From Chloroflexota bacterium (GTDB lineage Bacteria > Chloroflexota > Dormibacteria > Dormibacterales > Dormibacteraceae), in NCBI GenBank assembly GCA_005889495.1, contig VBHA01000065.1, forward strand, positions 4,961 through 68,960: 64,000 nt of DNA, in the 5' to 3' direction. Both the position numbers and the translations under genes were made by a program. Below the pieces are notes generated by a model, which was given only the letters and a program-made list of their open reading frames with translations, searched no databases and was not told the DNA's origin. Of the stretch, positions 16,849 through 24,845 are shown in pieces (position 1 is the stretch's first letter; every line of letters starts with the position of its first letter).

Positions 16849-17715
16849 ATGGAGGCAGCGCGCCGGCTCAGTCCCCTGGAGCCGCTGGCGCGCATCTACC
16901 TGCGGGCGGTGCCCGAGCACCCGGCCGACGACGGCCTCTTCGGCCCGAAGAGCATCGTCTGGCGCGTCAACCGCGACCGGTGCTTCCCCCTCGCGGGCAT
17001 GCGCTCGCTGATGGTCCAGGCCCTGCACCCGCTGGCGATGGCCGGTGTCGCCCAGCACAGCACCTGGAAGCAAGACCCCTTCGGCCGGCTCGCGGCCACG
17101 AGCGGCTACCTGCTGACCACGACCTACGGCGACACCGCCTCAGCGCTGGCGGCCGCCGCGGCGGTGCGCAGGATCCACGTCCATGTGCGTGGCGTCGACC
17201 CGCAGACCGGGTTGCCGTACAGCGCTGAGGACCCGGCGCTGCTGCTGTGGGTGCATGCCGGCATGGTCGAATCGATCGTCACCGTCGTCCAGCGGTACGG
17301 CCGGAGCCTCGAGCCAGACGGCGCCGACCGCTACGTGGCCGAGATGGTGCGGTCCGCCGAGATCGTCGGCGTGCCTCGCGAGGACGTCCCGACCACGGTC
17401 GACTCGCTGCGCCGGTACATCGAGACAGTCGAGCTCCGGCAGGCGACCCCGGCGGCGAAAGAGGCGATCGCGATCGTGCTCGATCCGCCCGACCTCGAGG
17501 ACGAGATGCGGGACCTCTGGCGCGACCTCGGCCAGATCGCTGTGGGCACGCTTCCCGAATGGGCGCGCGAGATGTACGGCTTTCCCGCGCCTCCGGCCGA
17601 GTTGATGGAACGCGAGCCCGTGCGCCAGCTGCTCGGCGCGCTCGACCTCGCCTTCGAGTCCCTCCCGGGCGTGCTCGAGGCCCGGCAGCGCCTCGAGCTC
17701 CGCATCCGGGCTTGA
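16849..17715 (+). CDS. oxygenase MpaB/DUF2236-family protein
   Basis: SIVWRVNRDRCFPLAGMRSLMVQALHPLAMAGV...RIHVHVRG...LLLWVHA. Start taken at ATG 16849, downstream of the repeat. Confidence 0.8.
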   Translation: MEAARRLSPLEPLARIYLRAVPEHPADDGLFGPKSIVWRVNRDRCFPLAGMRSLMVQALHPLAMAGVAQHSTWKQDPFGRLAATSGYLLTTTYGDTASALAAAAAVRRIHVHVRGVDPQTGLPYSAEDPALLLWVHAGMVESIVTVVQRYGRSLEPDGADRYVAEMVRSAEIVGVPREDVPTTVDSLRRYIETVELRQATPAAKEAIAIVLDPPDLEDEMRDLWRDLGQIAVGTLPEWAREMYGFPAPPAELMEREPVRQLLGALDLAFESLPGVLEARQRLELRIRA

Positions 17716-19100
17716 GCGCATCCACCTCGGCCGTCCGGGTATCCCGGGTCGGCCGCGGCGCAGCCCTCGCCCGCCTCGCGCTGCGCATCGGCGGGCGCTA
17801 CGTCGCGCGCTCGCCGAGGCTGCTGTTCGCGTCGGTCGAGCGCCGGGGCGAGCTGCGGCACGACCTGGCGCTGCGCTCCGCGGACGAGGTCGCGGAAGAG
17901 CTGGGCGCGATGAAGGGCGTGCTGATGAAGCTCGGCCAGATGGCCAGCTACATCTACGAGGACATGCCGGCGACCTTTCGCGCCTCGATGTCGCGCCTGC
18001 AGCACAGGGCGCCGCCCATGACCCCGGCGCTCGCCGCGGCCGTCATCGCCGAGGAGCTTGGCGGGCCGCCCGAGCGGGTTTTCGCCGAGTGGGACCCGCT
18101 GCCATTTGCGGCCGCATCGATCGGCCAGGTCCACAGGGCGATCACGCACGACGGCCGCGCGGTCGCGGTCAAGGTCCAGTACCCGGGCATCGCGCGCAGC
18201 ATCACCTCGGACCTGCGCAACGTGGGGCTGCTCAGGCGAATCGTGGGCGCCGCGTTTCCCGGTCTCGACACCCGGTCGCTGGTCGAGGAGCTCGGCGACC
18301 GGCTCCGGGAGGAGGTCGACTACATCCGCGAGGCCGAGAGCCAGGAGCTGTTCGCCGGCTACTACGACGGCCACCCGTACATCCGGGTGCCTCACGTGCT
18401 CCGGGAGCTGAGCACCTCGCGCGTGCTCACGAGCGAGCTCGTCTACGGCGCCGAGTTCGACGAGCTGGCCGGCTGGGACCAGCACGAGAAAGACCTCGCC
18501 GCGGAGACGATCCACCGGTTCGTGTTTCGCAGCCTGTACCGGCTGCATGCCTTCAACGGCGACCCGCACCCTGGCAACTACCTGTTCCACCGCGGCGGCC
18601 GGGTCACGTTCCTGGACTTCGGCCTCACCAAGCTCTTCACCGACGACGACCTGGCGCCCCTGATCGACGCCGTGCGCTTCCTCGTCTTCGAGCAGGACTA
18701 CGAGGCCTTTCGGGCCGCCCTGGAGCGCGCCGGCTTTCTCAGGCCGGGAGCGCCGGTGCCCACCCAGACGGTGGTCGACCGGTTCGGCCAGTTCTACGGG
18801 ACCGTGCTCCGGGACGCGCCGATGACGATCACGCCCGCGTACGCCTCCGCGATCGTGCGCCGGTTCTTCGACGCCCGGGGCCCGCTCGCGCCGTACTCGG
18901 ACGTGCCGCGGGCCTACGTGATCATGCAGCGGATCAACCTGGGCCTCTACGCCGTGCTGGGCAGCCTGGACGCGACCGCCAACTGGCGCCGGATCGCGGA
19001 GGAGATCTGGCCCTTCCGTAATGGGCCCCCGTCGACCCCGATCGGGGAGGCCGAGGCGGCCTGGCTGAGCAAAAAATCTCAAAAAGTGCTAAAGAATTAA
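17712..19100 (+). CDS. ABC1/UbiB(AarF)-family atypical kinase
   Basis: Motifs [32 protein letters not shown] and FLDFG. TTG 17712 overlaps the MpaB stop (TTGA). Confidence 0.85.
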   Translation: MSASTSAVRVSRVGRGAALARLALRIGGRYVARSPRLLFASVERRGELRHDLALRSADEVAEELGAMKGVLMKLGQMASYIYEDMPATFRASMSRLQHRAPPMTPALAAAVIAEELGGPPERVFAEWDPLPFAAASIGQVHRAITHDGRAVAVKVQYPGIARSITSDLRNVGLLRRIVGAAFPGLDTRSLVEELGDRLREEVDYIREAESQELFAGYYDGHPYIRVPHVLRELSTSRVLTSELVYGAEFDELAGWDQHEKDLAAETIHRFVFRSLYRLHAFNGDPHPGNYLFHRGGRVTFLDFGLTKLFTDDDLAPLIDAVRFLVFEQDYEAFRAALERAGFLRPGAPVPTQTVVDRFGQFYGTVLRDAPMTITPAYASAIVRRFFDARGPLAPYSDVPRAYVIMQRINLGLYAVLGSLDATANWRRIAEEIWPFRNGPPSTPIGEAEAAWLSKKSQKVLKN

Positions 19101-19139
19101 GTAGCTGTAGGGGCTTTATCCAGCTTCATCTGGGGGGAT

Positions 19140-20567
19140 GTGAGTATGTCGAGTACCGCAGGAACCGCTGCGTTGTCTGCCATGCCGCCCGAGGAACGGC
19201 GGCGGAACATGTTGAAGGCGGTGGTGGCCAGCACCGTCGGGACCTCGATCGAGTGGTACGACTACTTCCTCTTCGGCACGATGGCCGGGCTCGTTTTCCC
19301 GCACCTGTTCTTTCCCAAGTCCGACGCCCTGGCCGGGACACTGAACAGCTACGCGATCTTTTTCGTGGGCTTCCTGGCCCGCCCGATCGGCGCCTGGCTG
19401 TTCGGCACCTATGGCGACCGGATCGGCCGCAAGGCGACCCTGATCGCAACGCTGCTCGTCATGGGGATCGCCACGTTCCTGATCGGCGTCATGCCCACCT
19501 ACACGAGCATCGGGTTGTGGGCGGCGGTCGTCCTGGTCGTCCTTCGCGCCTGCCAGGGCATCGGCGTGGGCGGCGAATGGGGTGGCTCGGTGCTGATGTC
19601 GATGGAATGGGGCAGCCGCAAGCGAAAGGGCTGGCTGGGCAGCTGGCCCCAGTTCGGAGTCCCCATCGGCCTCGTCCTTTCCAACGGCATCACGGCGGTG
19701 ACGGTGACCCTCGCCGGGACGGCGACCTTCGACTCGTGGGCGTGGCGAATCCCGTTCCTGCTCAGCATCGTGCTGGTTGCAATCGGTCTCTACATCCGCC
19801 TCGGCGTGCTCGAGACCCCGGTGTTCAAGGCCCTCGCCGAGCAGAACCGCCTCGAGCAGCGCCCGGTCACGGAAGTCGTGCGGCGCAACTGGCGGGAGAT
19901 CATCCTCAGCGCCCTGCTGCGTTTGCCCGAGCAGGCGCCGTTCTACCTCTTCACCGTCTTTGTCTTCACCTTCGGCGCGGCCGCGACCAAGCTCGACAAG
20001 CCCTTCCTGACGTGGGCGGTGAGCGTCGCGGGCCTCGTTTCGTTCATCACGATCCCGCTGTTCGGCTATCTCTCCGACGTGATCGGCCGGAAGACGATGT
20101 ACATGCTCGGCATCGCGGTGATGGCGGTGTGGGGATTCGTCTACTTCGGCCTCTACGCGACAGCCGTTCCCATCATCGTGTTCATCGCGATCGCGGTCTC
20201 GCTGATCCCGCATGACATGCAGTACGGGCCCCAGGCGTCCCTGATCGCCGAGAGCTTCACCGGGAGGTTGCGCTACAGCGGCGCGTCGCTCGGCTACCAG
20301 TTCGCCTCGATCATCGCCGGTGGTCCGGCGCCGAGCATCGCTCTCGGGATCTGGACGGGATTTCTGTTCATCGGACCCTGGAAGGTGCTCTCGCCGCTTC
20401 CCGCCAAGAACGCCTACATGATCAGCGTCTACATCCTTGCCTGCTGCGTGATCGGTTTCATCGCCACGGCCCTGCTGAAAGAGCGGTCCGCGCTCGACCA
20501 CACTGTGGAGTACGACGAGCAGGAGCCGATGGAGGCCGAAGGGGTCAGGCGCCCCGCCATGGGCTGA
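19140..20567 (+). CDS. MFS transporter, metabolite:H+ symporter (MHS) family
   Basis: Motifs TSIEWYDYFLFG, GDRIGRKATLIATLLVMG and 12 TM segments. Confidence 0.9.
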   Translation: MSMSSTAGTAALSAMPPEERRRNMLKAVVASTVGTSIEWYDYFLFGTMAGLVFPHLFFPKSDALAGTLNSYAIFFVGFLARPIGAWLFGTYGDRIGRKATLIATLLVMGIATFLIGVMPTYTSIGLWAAVVLVVLRACQGIGVGGEWGGSVLMSMEWGSRKRKGWLGSWPQFGVPIGLVLSNGITAVTVTLAGTATFDSWAWRIPFLLSIVLVAIGLYIRLGVLETPVFKALAEQNRLEQRPVTEVVRRNWREIILSALLRLPEQAPFYLFTVFVFTFGAAATKLDKPFLTWAVSVAGLVSFITIPLFGYLSDVIGRKTMYMLGIAVMAVWGFVYFGLYATAVPIIVFIAIAVSLIPHDMQYGPQASLIAESFTGRLRYSGASLGYQFASIIAGGPAPSIALGIWTGFLFIGPWKVLSPLPAKNAYMISVYILACCVIGFIATALLKERSALDHTVEYDEQEPMEAEGVRRPAMG

Positions 20568-20585
20568 CACGTTTCCCTTCCTCGA

Positions 20586-20660
20586 GAGGCGTCGCCATGT
20601 GGCGGCGCCTCTGTTCCCCATTCATGGGGAAGTACCTCGCCGATGGCGAGGGGATGGGCG
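20586..20660 (+). repeat. tandem-hairpin repeat family 3, copy B (preceded by a 12-bp GC hairpin)
   Basis: GAGGCGTCGCCA/TGGCGGCGCCTC lies at 20586-20611. It is followed by TTCCCCAT-TC-ATGGGGAA (20614-20631), then CCTCGCC-GAT-GGCGAGG, then GGATGGGC. Confidence 0.7.
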
Positions 20661-20899
20661 ACTTTTCCGAGGAGCCGGGCGCGCCTCGGCGTTTACGGGG
20701 TGAACCCGTGCGCGTGCTCACTGTCGTCAACCTGGTCATGTGGGTCGTCCTGTTCGCGGCCTGGATTCCGTATACGGCCGCGGTCGGGCCGGCCGACCCG
20801 ATAAGCGTCGAGGTCAGGTCGATCCTGGCGGCCACCGCGGTCCTCATGGGGCTGCTCGCGGTGGTCAGGATCAGAAGGCGGCGCCCGATCCTGGGATAG
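20597..20899 (+). CDS. small two-TM membrane protein (start uncertain)
   Basis: The C-terminal 65 aa (VLTVVNLVMWVVLFAAWIPY...ILAATAVLMGLLAVV) forms two TM helices. The N-terminal part overlaps the repeat element, so the real start may be at 20654 or ~20708. Confidence 0.4.
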   Translation: MWRRLCSPFMGKYLADGEGMGDFSEEPGAPRRLRGEPVRVLTVVNLVMWVVLFAAWIPYTAAVGPADPISVEVRSILAATAVLMGLLAVVRIRRRRPILG

Positions 20900-20906
20900 T
20901 GTCCGC

Positions 20907-21302
20907 ATAGCGGACCCGCTCGTCCTTCTCTTCGACGGGACTTGAGGCGTTTGAACGCGGATGGCGCGCTGGGTCCGCCGGCGCGACCAGGCCGGCCGTG
21001 TGCTGGCCGTCGCCAACCAGAAGCCCGGTGTGCTGGAGCGCTTCGGGCTGACCCGAGAGGAGGTCGACCGCGCCGCCTGGACTGTCGACCCCAGCGGCGG
21101 CAGGCTGCAAGGCGCCGCCGCCATCAACCGCGTGCTGGATGAGGTCGGCGGCGGCTGGCGCGCCCTCGCGGCGCTCTACCGGGTCCGGCCGATCGCCGCG
21201 ATGGAGGAAGCCTTCTACAGCCGGTTCGCGCGCAATCGTTCTCGGTTCCACCGCTTCGGCGTGAAGCCGGAATGTGACGAACCGGACGCGGACTGCGGAT
21301 GA
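20907..21302 (+). CDS. DCC-family (DUF393) thiol-disulfide oxidoreductase with two in-frame TGA codons at the CxxC positions; candidate selenoprotein or pseudogene
   Basis: The frame of ORF 20961..21302 read upstream gives IADPLVLLFDGT*GV*TRMARWVRRRDQAGRV. The family motif as I recall it is FDGxCxxC...RD, and the stops at 20943-45 and 20952-54 fall on the two Cys positions. There is no ATG/GTG/TTG upstream in frame; only ATA at 20907. Confidence 0.55.
20962..20989 (+). promoter_or_regulatory. SECIS-like hairpin downstream of the two TGA codons
   Basis: The stem CGCGCUGG (20965-72) pairs with CCGGCGCG (20978-85), including one G-U pair. The apical loop is GUCCG (20973-77). Three further pairs form after a bulged A. 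Confidence 0.35.
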
Positions 21303-21997
21303 GCGGCCTGGTCGCGACCGAGCACGTCGGCGCGGTGGTGGTGATCGCGGTCGCGACCGCGGTCCTCGTCGTGCTCGCGCGACGCGGGCCGGGGCCCTGG
21401 CTGAAGGTGCTTGCCCTGGTCCTGGTCCTGGACGAGGTGAGCTGGTGGGTGTACCTGCTGGCCGGGGGACAGCCCGGCAGCGTGCTCGCTCAGTCGCTTC
21501 CGCTGCAGCTCTGCGACGTCGCGATCTTCGTCACCGCCGCGGCGTTGTGGGCTCGAGCGCCGCTGCTGGTCGAGGTCACCTACTTCTGGGGCCTGGCGGG
21601 AACCCTCCAGGCGCTCCTCACGCCTGACCTGCCCCAGCATTTTCCGAGCTATCCCTACTTCCAGTACTACATCGCCCATGGCGGCGTCGTGGCGTCGGCG
21701 CTTCTGCTGGTGGTCGGCCTTCGCATCCATCCCCGGCCAGGCTCGCTGCTGAGGATCGCGGCCGTCACGCTCGCGTACGTCGCCCTGGTCGGCGTGGTGG
21801 ATGCGATCACGGGCGCCGACTACATGTACCTCCGGGCCAAGCCCCCGAGCGCGACGCTGCTGGACGTGCTCGGTCCATGGCCCTGGTACCTGCTCGGGGC
21901 GACCGCGATCGGCCTGGTCTTGTTCGCGGTCCTCGACGCGCCGTTTCGGATCAGCCGACAGGCTGTCCGAAGCGCTCCGCTGACACGACCTCGCTGA
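21299..21997 (+). CDS. integral membrane protein, TIGR02206 (YwaF-like) family
   Basis: LPLQLCDVAIFV and YFQYYIAHGGVV are present, with ~7 TM segments. The ATG overlaps the DCC stop (ATGA). Confidence 0.75.
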   Translation: MSGLVATEHVGAVVVIAVATAVLVVLARRGPGPWLKVLALVLVLDEVSWWVYLLAGGQPGSVLAQSLPLQLCDVAIFVTAAALWARAPLLVEVTYFWGLAGTLQALLTPDLPQHFPSYPYFQYYIAHGGVVASALLLVVGLRIHPRPGSLLRIAAVTLAYVALVGVVDAITGADYMYLRAKPPSATLLDVLGPWPWYLLGATAIGLVLFAVLDAPFRISRQAVRSAPLTRPR

Positions 21998-22466
21998 GCG
22001 GCTTCCGCTTCTTCTTTCCGGAGATCTTGCGCCGGGGATAGCCGAGGGGAACGACCGCGAGCACGTCGTACGCCTCCGGGATGGCGAACTCCTCGCGGAC
22101 GTTCTCGAGCCCCCCAAAGCCGGTCCAGTTGGAGCCGACGCCCTCGCCCCAGGCGACCAGCAGCATCGTCTGAATGGCGCGGCTGGCGTCCGAGAGGCCG
22201 TACTGCCCGGTCGACTTCTCGTAAGCGACGATGATCGCGGCGGCCGCGTTTGCCGTGTACGGGCCGGTGCGCACCAGGGACCCGAGCTTGCGCAGCCCGT
22301 CGCGCTCGCGCACGACCACGAAGTGCCACGGCTGTCCGTTGCGCGCGCTCGCGGTGAGCCTGCCCGCCTCCAGGATTCGGCCGAGGACGTCGTCCGGCAC
22401 CGGCCGCTCCTCGAACTCCCGCACCGCCAGAATCGTCCGCGCAGCTTCAAATACCTCGTTCGACAC
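21951..22466 (-). CDS. nitroreductase-family protein
   Basis: RTILAVREFEERPVPDDVLGRILEAGRLTASARNGQPWHFVVV. Start taken at GTG 22466; the longer ORF N-terminus is low-complexity. Confidence 0.85.
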   Translation of the reverse strand: MSNEVFEAARTILAVREFEERPVPDDVLGRILEAGRLTASARNGQPWHFVVVRERDGLRKLGSLVRTGPYTANAAAAIIVAYEKSTGQYGLSDASRAIQTMLLVAWGEGVGSNWTGFGGLENVREEFAIPEAYDVLAVVPLGYPRRKISGKKKRKPLSEVVSAERFGQPVG

Positions 22467-22497
22467 GCAGCCAATTGTCTTAGGTTTATGCCTCGGG

Positions 22498-23052
22498 ATG
22501 GAGTCGACGAAGACGGACGAGCCCAGGCACGAGCGCCGGATCAGCAGCAGGGAGCACCGCGCGGCGTTCGCAGCCGCGAAGGAGTCGCCCGCAGAGCACA
22601 AGCCGCGCCTCATCACGTCCCGGTCTGTGGCGCCCGCCATCCACGGCGGGGGTTCGGTCGGGAGGTTCAACAGCTGGCTTGCGGTCCACGTCACTCGCGC
22701 GGTGGGCACCATGTGGGCGGCTTATGTCTTCGTGCTCATCTCGCTGGTCTCGTTCCCGCAGGCGTTGCACGCATTCCTCACCGGCGACACCTACGTCGGA
22801 ATCGCGTGGCTCAGCCAGTCGTTCTTACAGCTGGTGCTGCTTCCCATCATCATCGTCGGCCAGAACGTGATCTCCGCGAGCCAGGACGCGCGCGCCGAGG
22901 CGGACCACATCACGCTCACGACGCTGCACGCGATCAACGTGCAGCAGCTGAAGATGCTCGAACAGCAGCGGGAGATGCTGCGGCAGCAGCGCGAGATCCT
23001 GGACCTTCTCCAGAGGAAGGGCCTGTCGCAGACACCGGGCACCGCGGACTGA
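22498..23052 (+). CDS. membrane protein with C-terminal coiled coil (DUF1003 / low-affinity iron permease-like)
   Basis: ATG 22498. Two TM helices (MWAAYVFVLISLV, LQLVLLPIIIVGQN) are followed by QQLKMLEQQREMLRQQREILDLL. The family assignment is tentative. Confidence 0.5.
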   Translation: MESTKTDEPRHERRISSREHRAAFAAAKESPAEHKPRLITSRSVAPAIHGGGSVGRFNSWLAVHVTRAVGTMWAAYVFVLISLVSFPQALHAFLTGDTYVGIAWLSQSFLQLVLLPIIIVGQNVISASQDARAEADHITLTTLHAINVQQLKMLEQQREMLRQQREILDLLQRKGLSQTPGTAD

Positions 23053-23067
23053 GGTGGTGGTGATCCC

Positions 23068-24048
23068 TTGAGCGTGCCGGAGCTGTGCCTGGGATTCGTC
23101 CTGCTGGCGGTGACCGCGTACGACCTGTTTCAGTCCGTCGTCCTGCCCGGCCCCCTCGGCCTGCTCGTCCTGTTCGCGATCTGGGGTTTTTCCCTGATCG
23201 TCGGCTACGGCCTGATCATCGACGCGGTCCGCGACGAGTTCCGGCCACACCTCAACGACTTCCTGACCTCGTTCTACGTCTCGGCGACGACGTTGGTGCC
23301 GCTCGCATATGGCGACTTCGTCCCCGAAGAAGGGCTGGCCCGAGCGGTGATCTTCTTCGAGAGCGCGAGCGGCGTCGGCATCGCCGCCCTCGCCATCACA
23401 CTGCTGTTCGAGCTGTACGGCTCGTTCCGCGAGCGCGAGGAGAAAGTGGTCGCCCTCGATGCGCTCGCGGGGGCGCCCGCGTCCGCGTTGCAGCTGCTCG
23501 AGACGGCAGCGGCGCCAGGCATGGACGGGGCGTTGAAGGAGACTTTCGACGAGTGGCGAGCGTGGTCGGCGATGGTCCTGGAGAGTCACCTCGCGTACCC
23601 CTTGCTCATCTATTTCCGATCCAGCCATGACAACGAGGCGTGGATCAACTCATTTGGCGCCGTCATGGATGCGGGCGCGCTCGTCATCAGCTCGATGGAA
23701 GGCCAGCCTTCCGCGGGCGCGGCGAAGCTGATGCTGACGATCGGCAACCACTTCGTCGAGGACATCGCGTGGCTGCTGCGCTTCCAGCAGACTCCCGACC
23801 CGATCATCGAGCGGAGCGAATACGCGGCGGCGATCGAGCGATTGAAGGCGGCCGGCTACCAGGCGCACGACGGCGACGCGCACTGGCAGAAGTTCGCCGC
23901 GATTCGCTCCAAATACGCGACGACCCTCAACCAGATCGCCCAGTTGCTGTCGGCGCCGCCGGCCCCATGGGTGGGCGACCGATCGTACCTCCCCCACCGG
24001 CAGCGGCAGCGCCGGCGCCGGGCCGTCGCCCCGAAACCCGCTAGTTGA
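23068..24048 (+). CDS. two-TM potassium-channel-family protein with a cytoplasmic C-terminal domain
   Basis: The pore/selectivity-filter-like segment SFYVSATTLVPLAYGDFVP is flanked by TM helices. TTG start. Confidence 0.75.
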   Translation: MSVPELCLGFVLLAVTAYDLFQSVVLPGPLGLLVLFAIWGFSLIVGYGLIIDAVRDEFRPHLNDFLTSFYVSATTLVPLAYGDFVPEEGLARAVIFFESASGVGIAALAITLLFELYGSFREREEKVVALDALAGAPASALQLLETAAAPGMDGALKETFDEWRAWSAMVLESHLAYPLLIYFRSSHDNEAWINSFGAVMDAGALVISSMEGQPSAGAAKLMLTIGNHFVEDIAWLLRFQQTPDPIIERSEYAAAIERLKAAGYQAHDGDAHWQKFAAIRSKYATTLNQIAQLLSAPPAPWVGDRSYLPHRQRQRRRRAVAPKPAS

Positions 24049-24727
24049 TCAACCCGAGCTCGCGGGCCTTGATGATGGCCTCGAGCTTGGAGTGGACCGC
24101 CAGCTTGCTGCCCAGGCTGCGGATGTGTGTCCGCACGGTGGTGTAGCTGATCCCGAGCTGGGCGGCGATCGCCCGGCTCGGATGGCCCTCGGCCATCAGC
24201 CTGAGGACCTCCTTCTCGCGCGGGGTCAACCGTTCCAGCTGGGCCTCAAGGGCGCGTCGCTTGGCGAGCAGCGTGGCGATGGTACGCGGCGTGATGAGGA
24301 TCTTCCCGCGGGCGACGTCCCGGATCGCCGCCACCACCTCGGCCGCGGCCCTCGACTTGTGCAGAAACGCGCTGGCGCCCGACTGCACGGCGGCGAACCG
24401 CGCCCCCTCGGTGTCCTCGCGCGTCAGGAAGATCATCTTCGCCGCCGGACGCACACCTCGGATCGCCGCGGCCGCGTCCGGACCAGTGCCGTCGGGCAGG
24501 TGGAAGTCGAGCAGCACGATGTCGGGGTTGAGCTCGGTCGCCGCGGTCACGCTCTCGGCGACGGTGCCTACGTTCCCGACGACCTTCATGTCGGCCTGGT
24601 CGTTGATGAGCGCGGACAGGCCCTCCGCCACGACGCGGTGATCCTCGACGATCAGGACGCGGGTCGGCTCGTCCTCGCCATCGTGTCGAGGCTGCTCCGG
24701 CGTCGCTGCATGTTCGGCGGGGGGCAC
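24041..24727 (-). CDS. NarL/FixJ-family response regulator, orphan
   Basis: Motifs VLIVEDH, IVLLDFHLPDGTG and FLHKS, plus the LuxR HTH LTPREKEVLRLMAEGHPSRAIAAQLGISYTTVRTHIRSL. It is a paralog of 3131..3820. Confidence 0.9.
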   Translation of the reverse strand: MPPAEHAATPEQPRHDGEDEPTRVLIVEDHRVVAEGLSALINDQADMKVVGNVGTVAESVTAATELNPDIVLLDFHLPDGTGPDAAAAIRGVRPAAKMIFLTREDTEGARFAAVQSGASAFLHKSRAAAEVVAAIRDVARGKILITPRTIATLLAKRRALEAQLERLTPREKEVLRLMAEGHPSRAIAAQLGISYTTVRTHIRSLGSKLAVHSKLEAIIKARELGLIN

Positions 24728-24785
24728 ATTGCTTTAACCCACCCCAACGCGGCAGTACTCACGAAAAGCGGGCCCGAACGGGTGC

Positions 24786-24817
24786 AGAAAAATCAAAGGG
24801 CCGGCACCGGCCGGCCC
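24786..24817 (-). terminator. rho-independent terminator after the BNR-repeat gene
   Basis: On the minus strand, GGGCCGG-CCGGTG-CCGGCCC (24817-24798) is followed by TTTGATTTTT. Confidence 0.7.
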
Positions 24818-24845
24818 TGTAGTAGTTGCGCCTACCGCGATTGAG

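Noticed and set aside
17331-19082. Very long ORFs antisense to or out of frame with recognised genes. Examples are 17331..19082 -, 19116..20621 -, 26190..28931 +, 32504..34480 +, 39391..41619 -, 41910..43613 -, 52883..55555 - and 60687..61400 +.
   Set aside because: Their translations are Arg/Pro/Gly/Ala-rich low-complexity sequence, typical of non-coding frames in high-GC DNA. Each overlaps an ORF with clear family motifs.
20893-20917. GGATAGTGTCCGCATAGCGGAC, just upstream of the DCC motif, resembles a family-1 box with an insertion. It contains the small palindrome GTCCGC-ATA-GCGGAC.
   Set aside because: Only the 7-nt GGATAGT is shared with family 1. That is too little to call a repeat copy. 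I note it only as context for the missing start codon.
20943-20954. A global reassignment of TGA (to Cys, Trp or Gly) as the explanation for the two in-frame TGAs.
   Set aside because: TGA clearly terminates many well-supported genes in this window, for example at 10397-99, 12683-85, 15021-23, 21300-02 and 16757-59.
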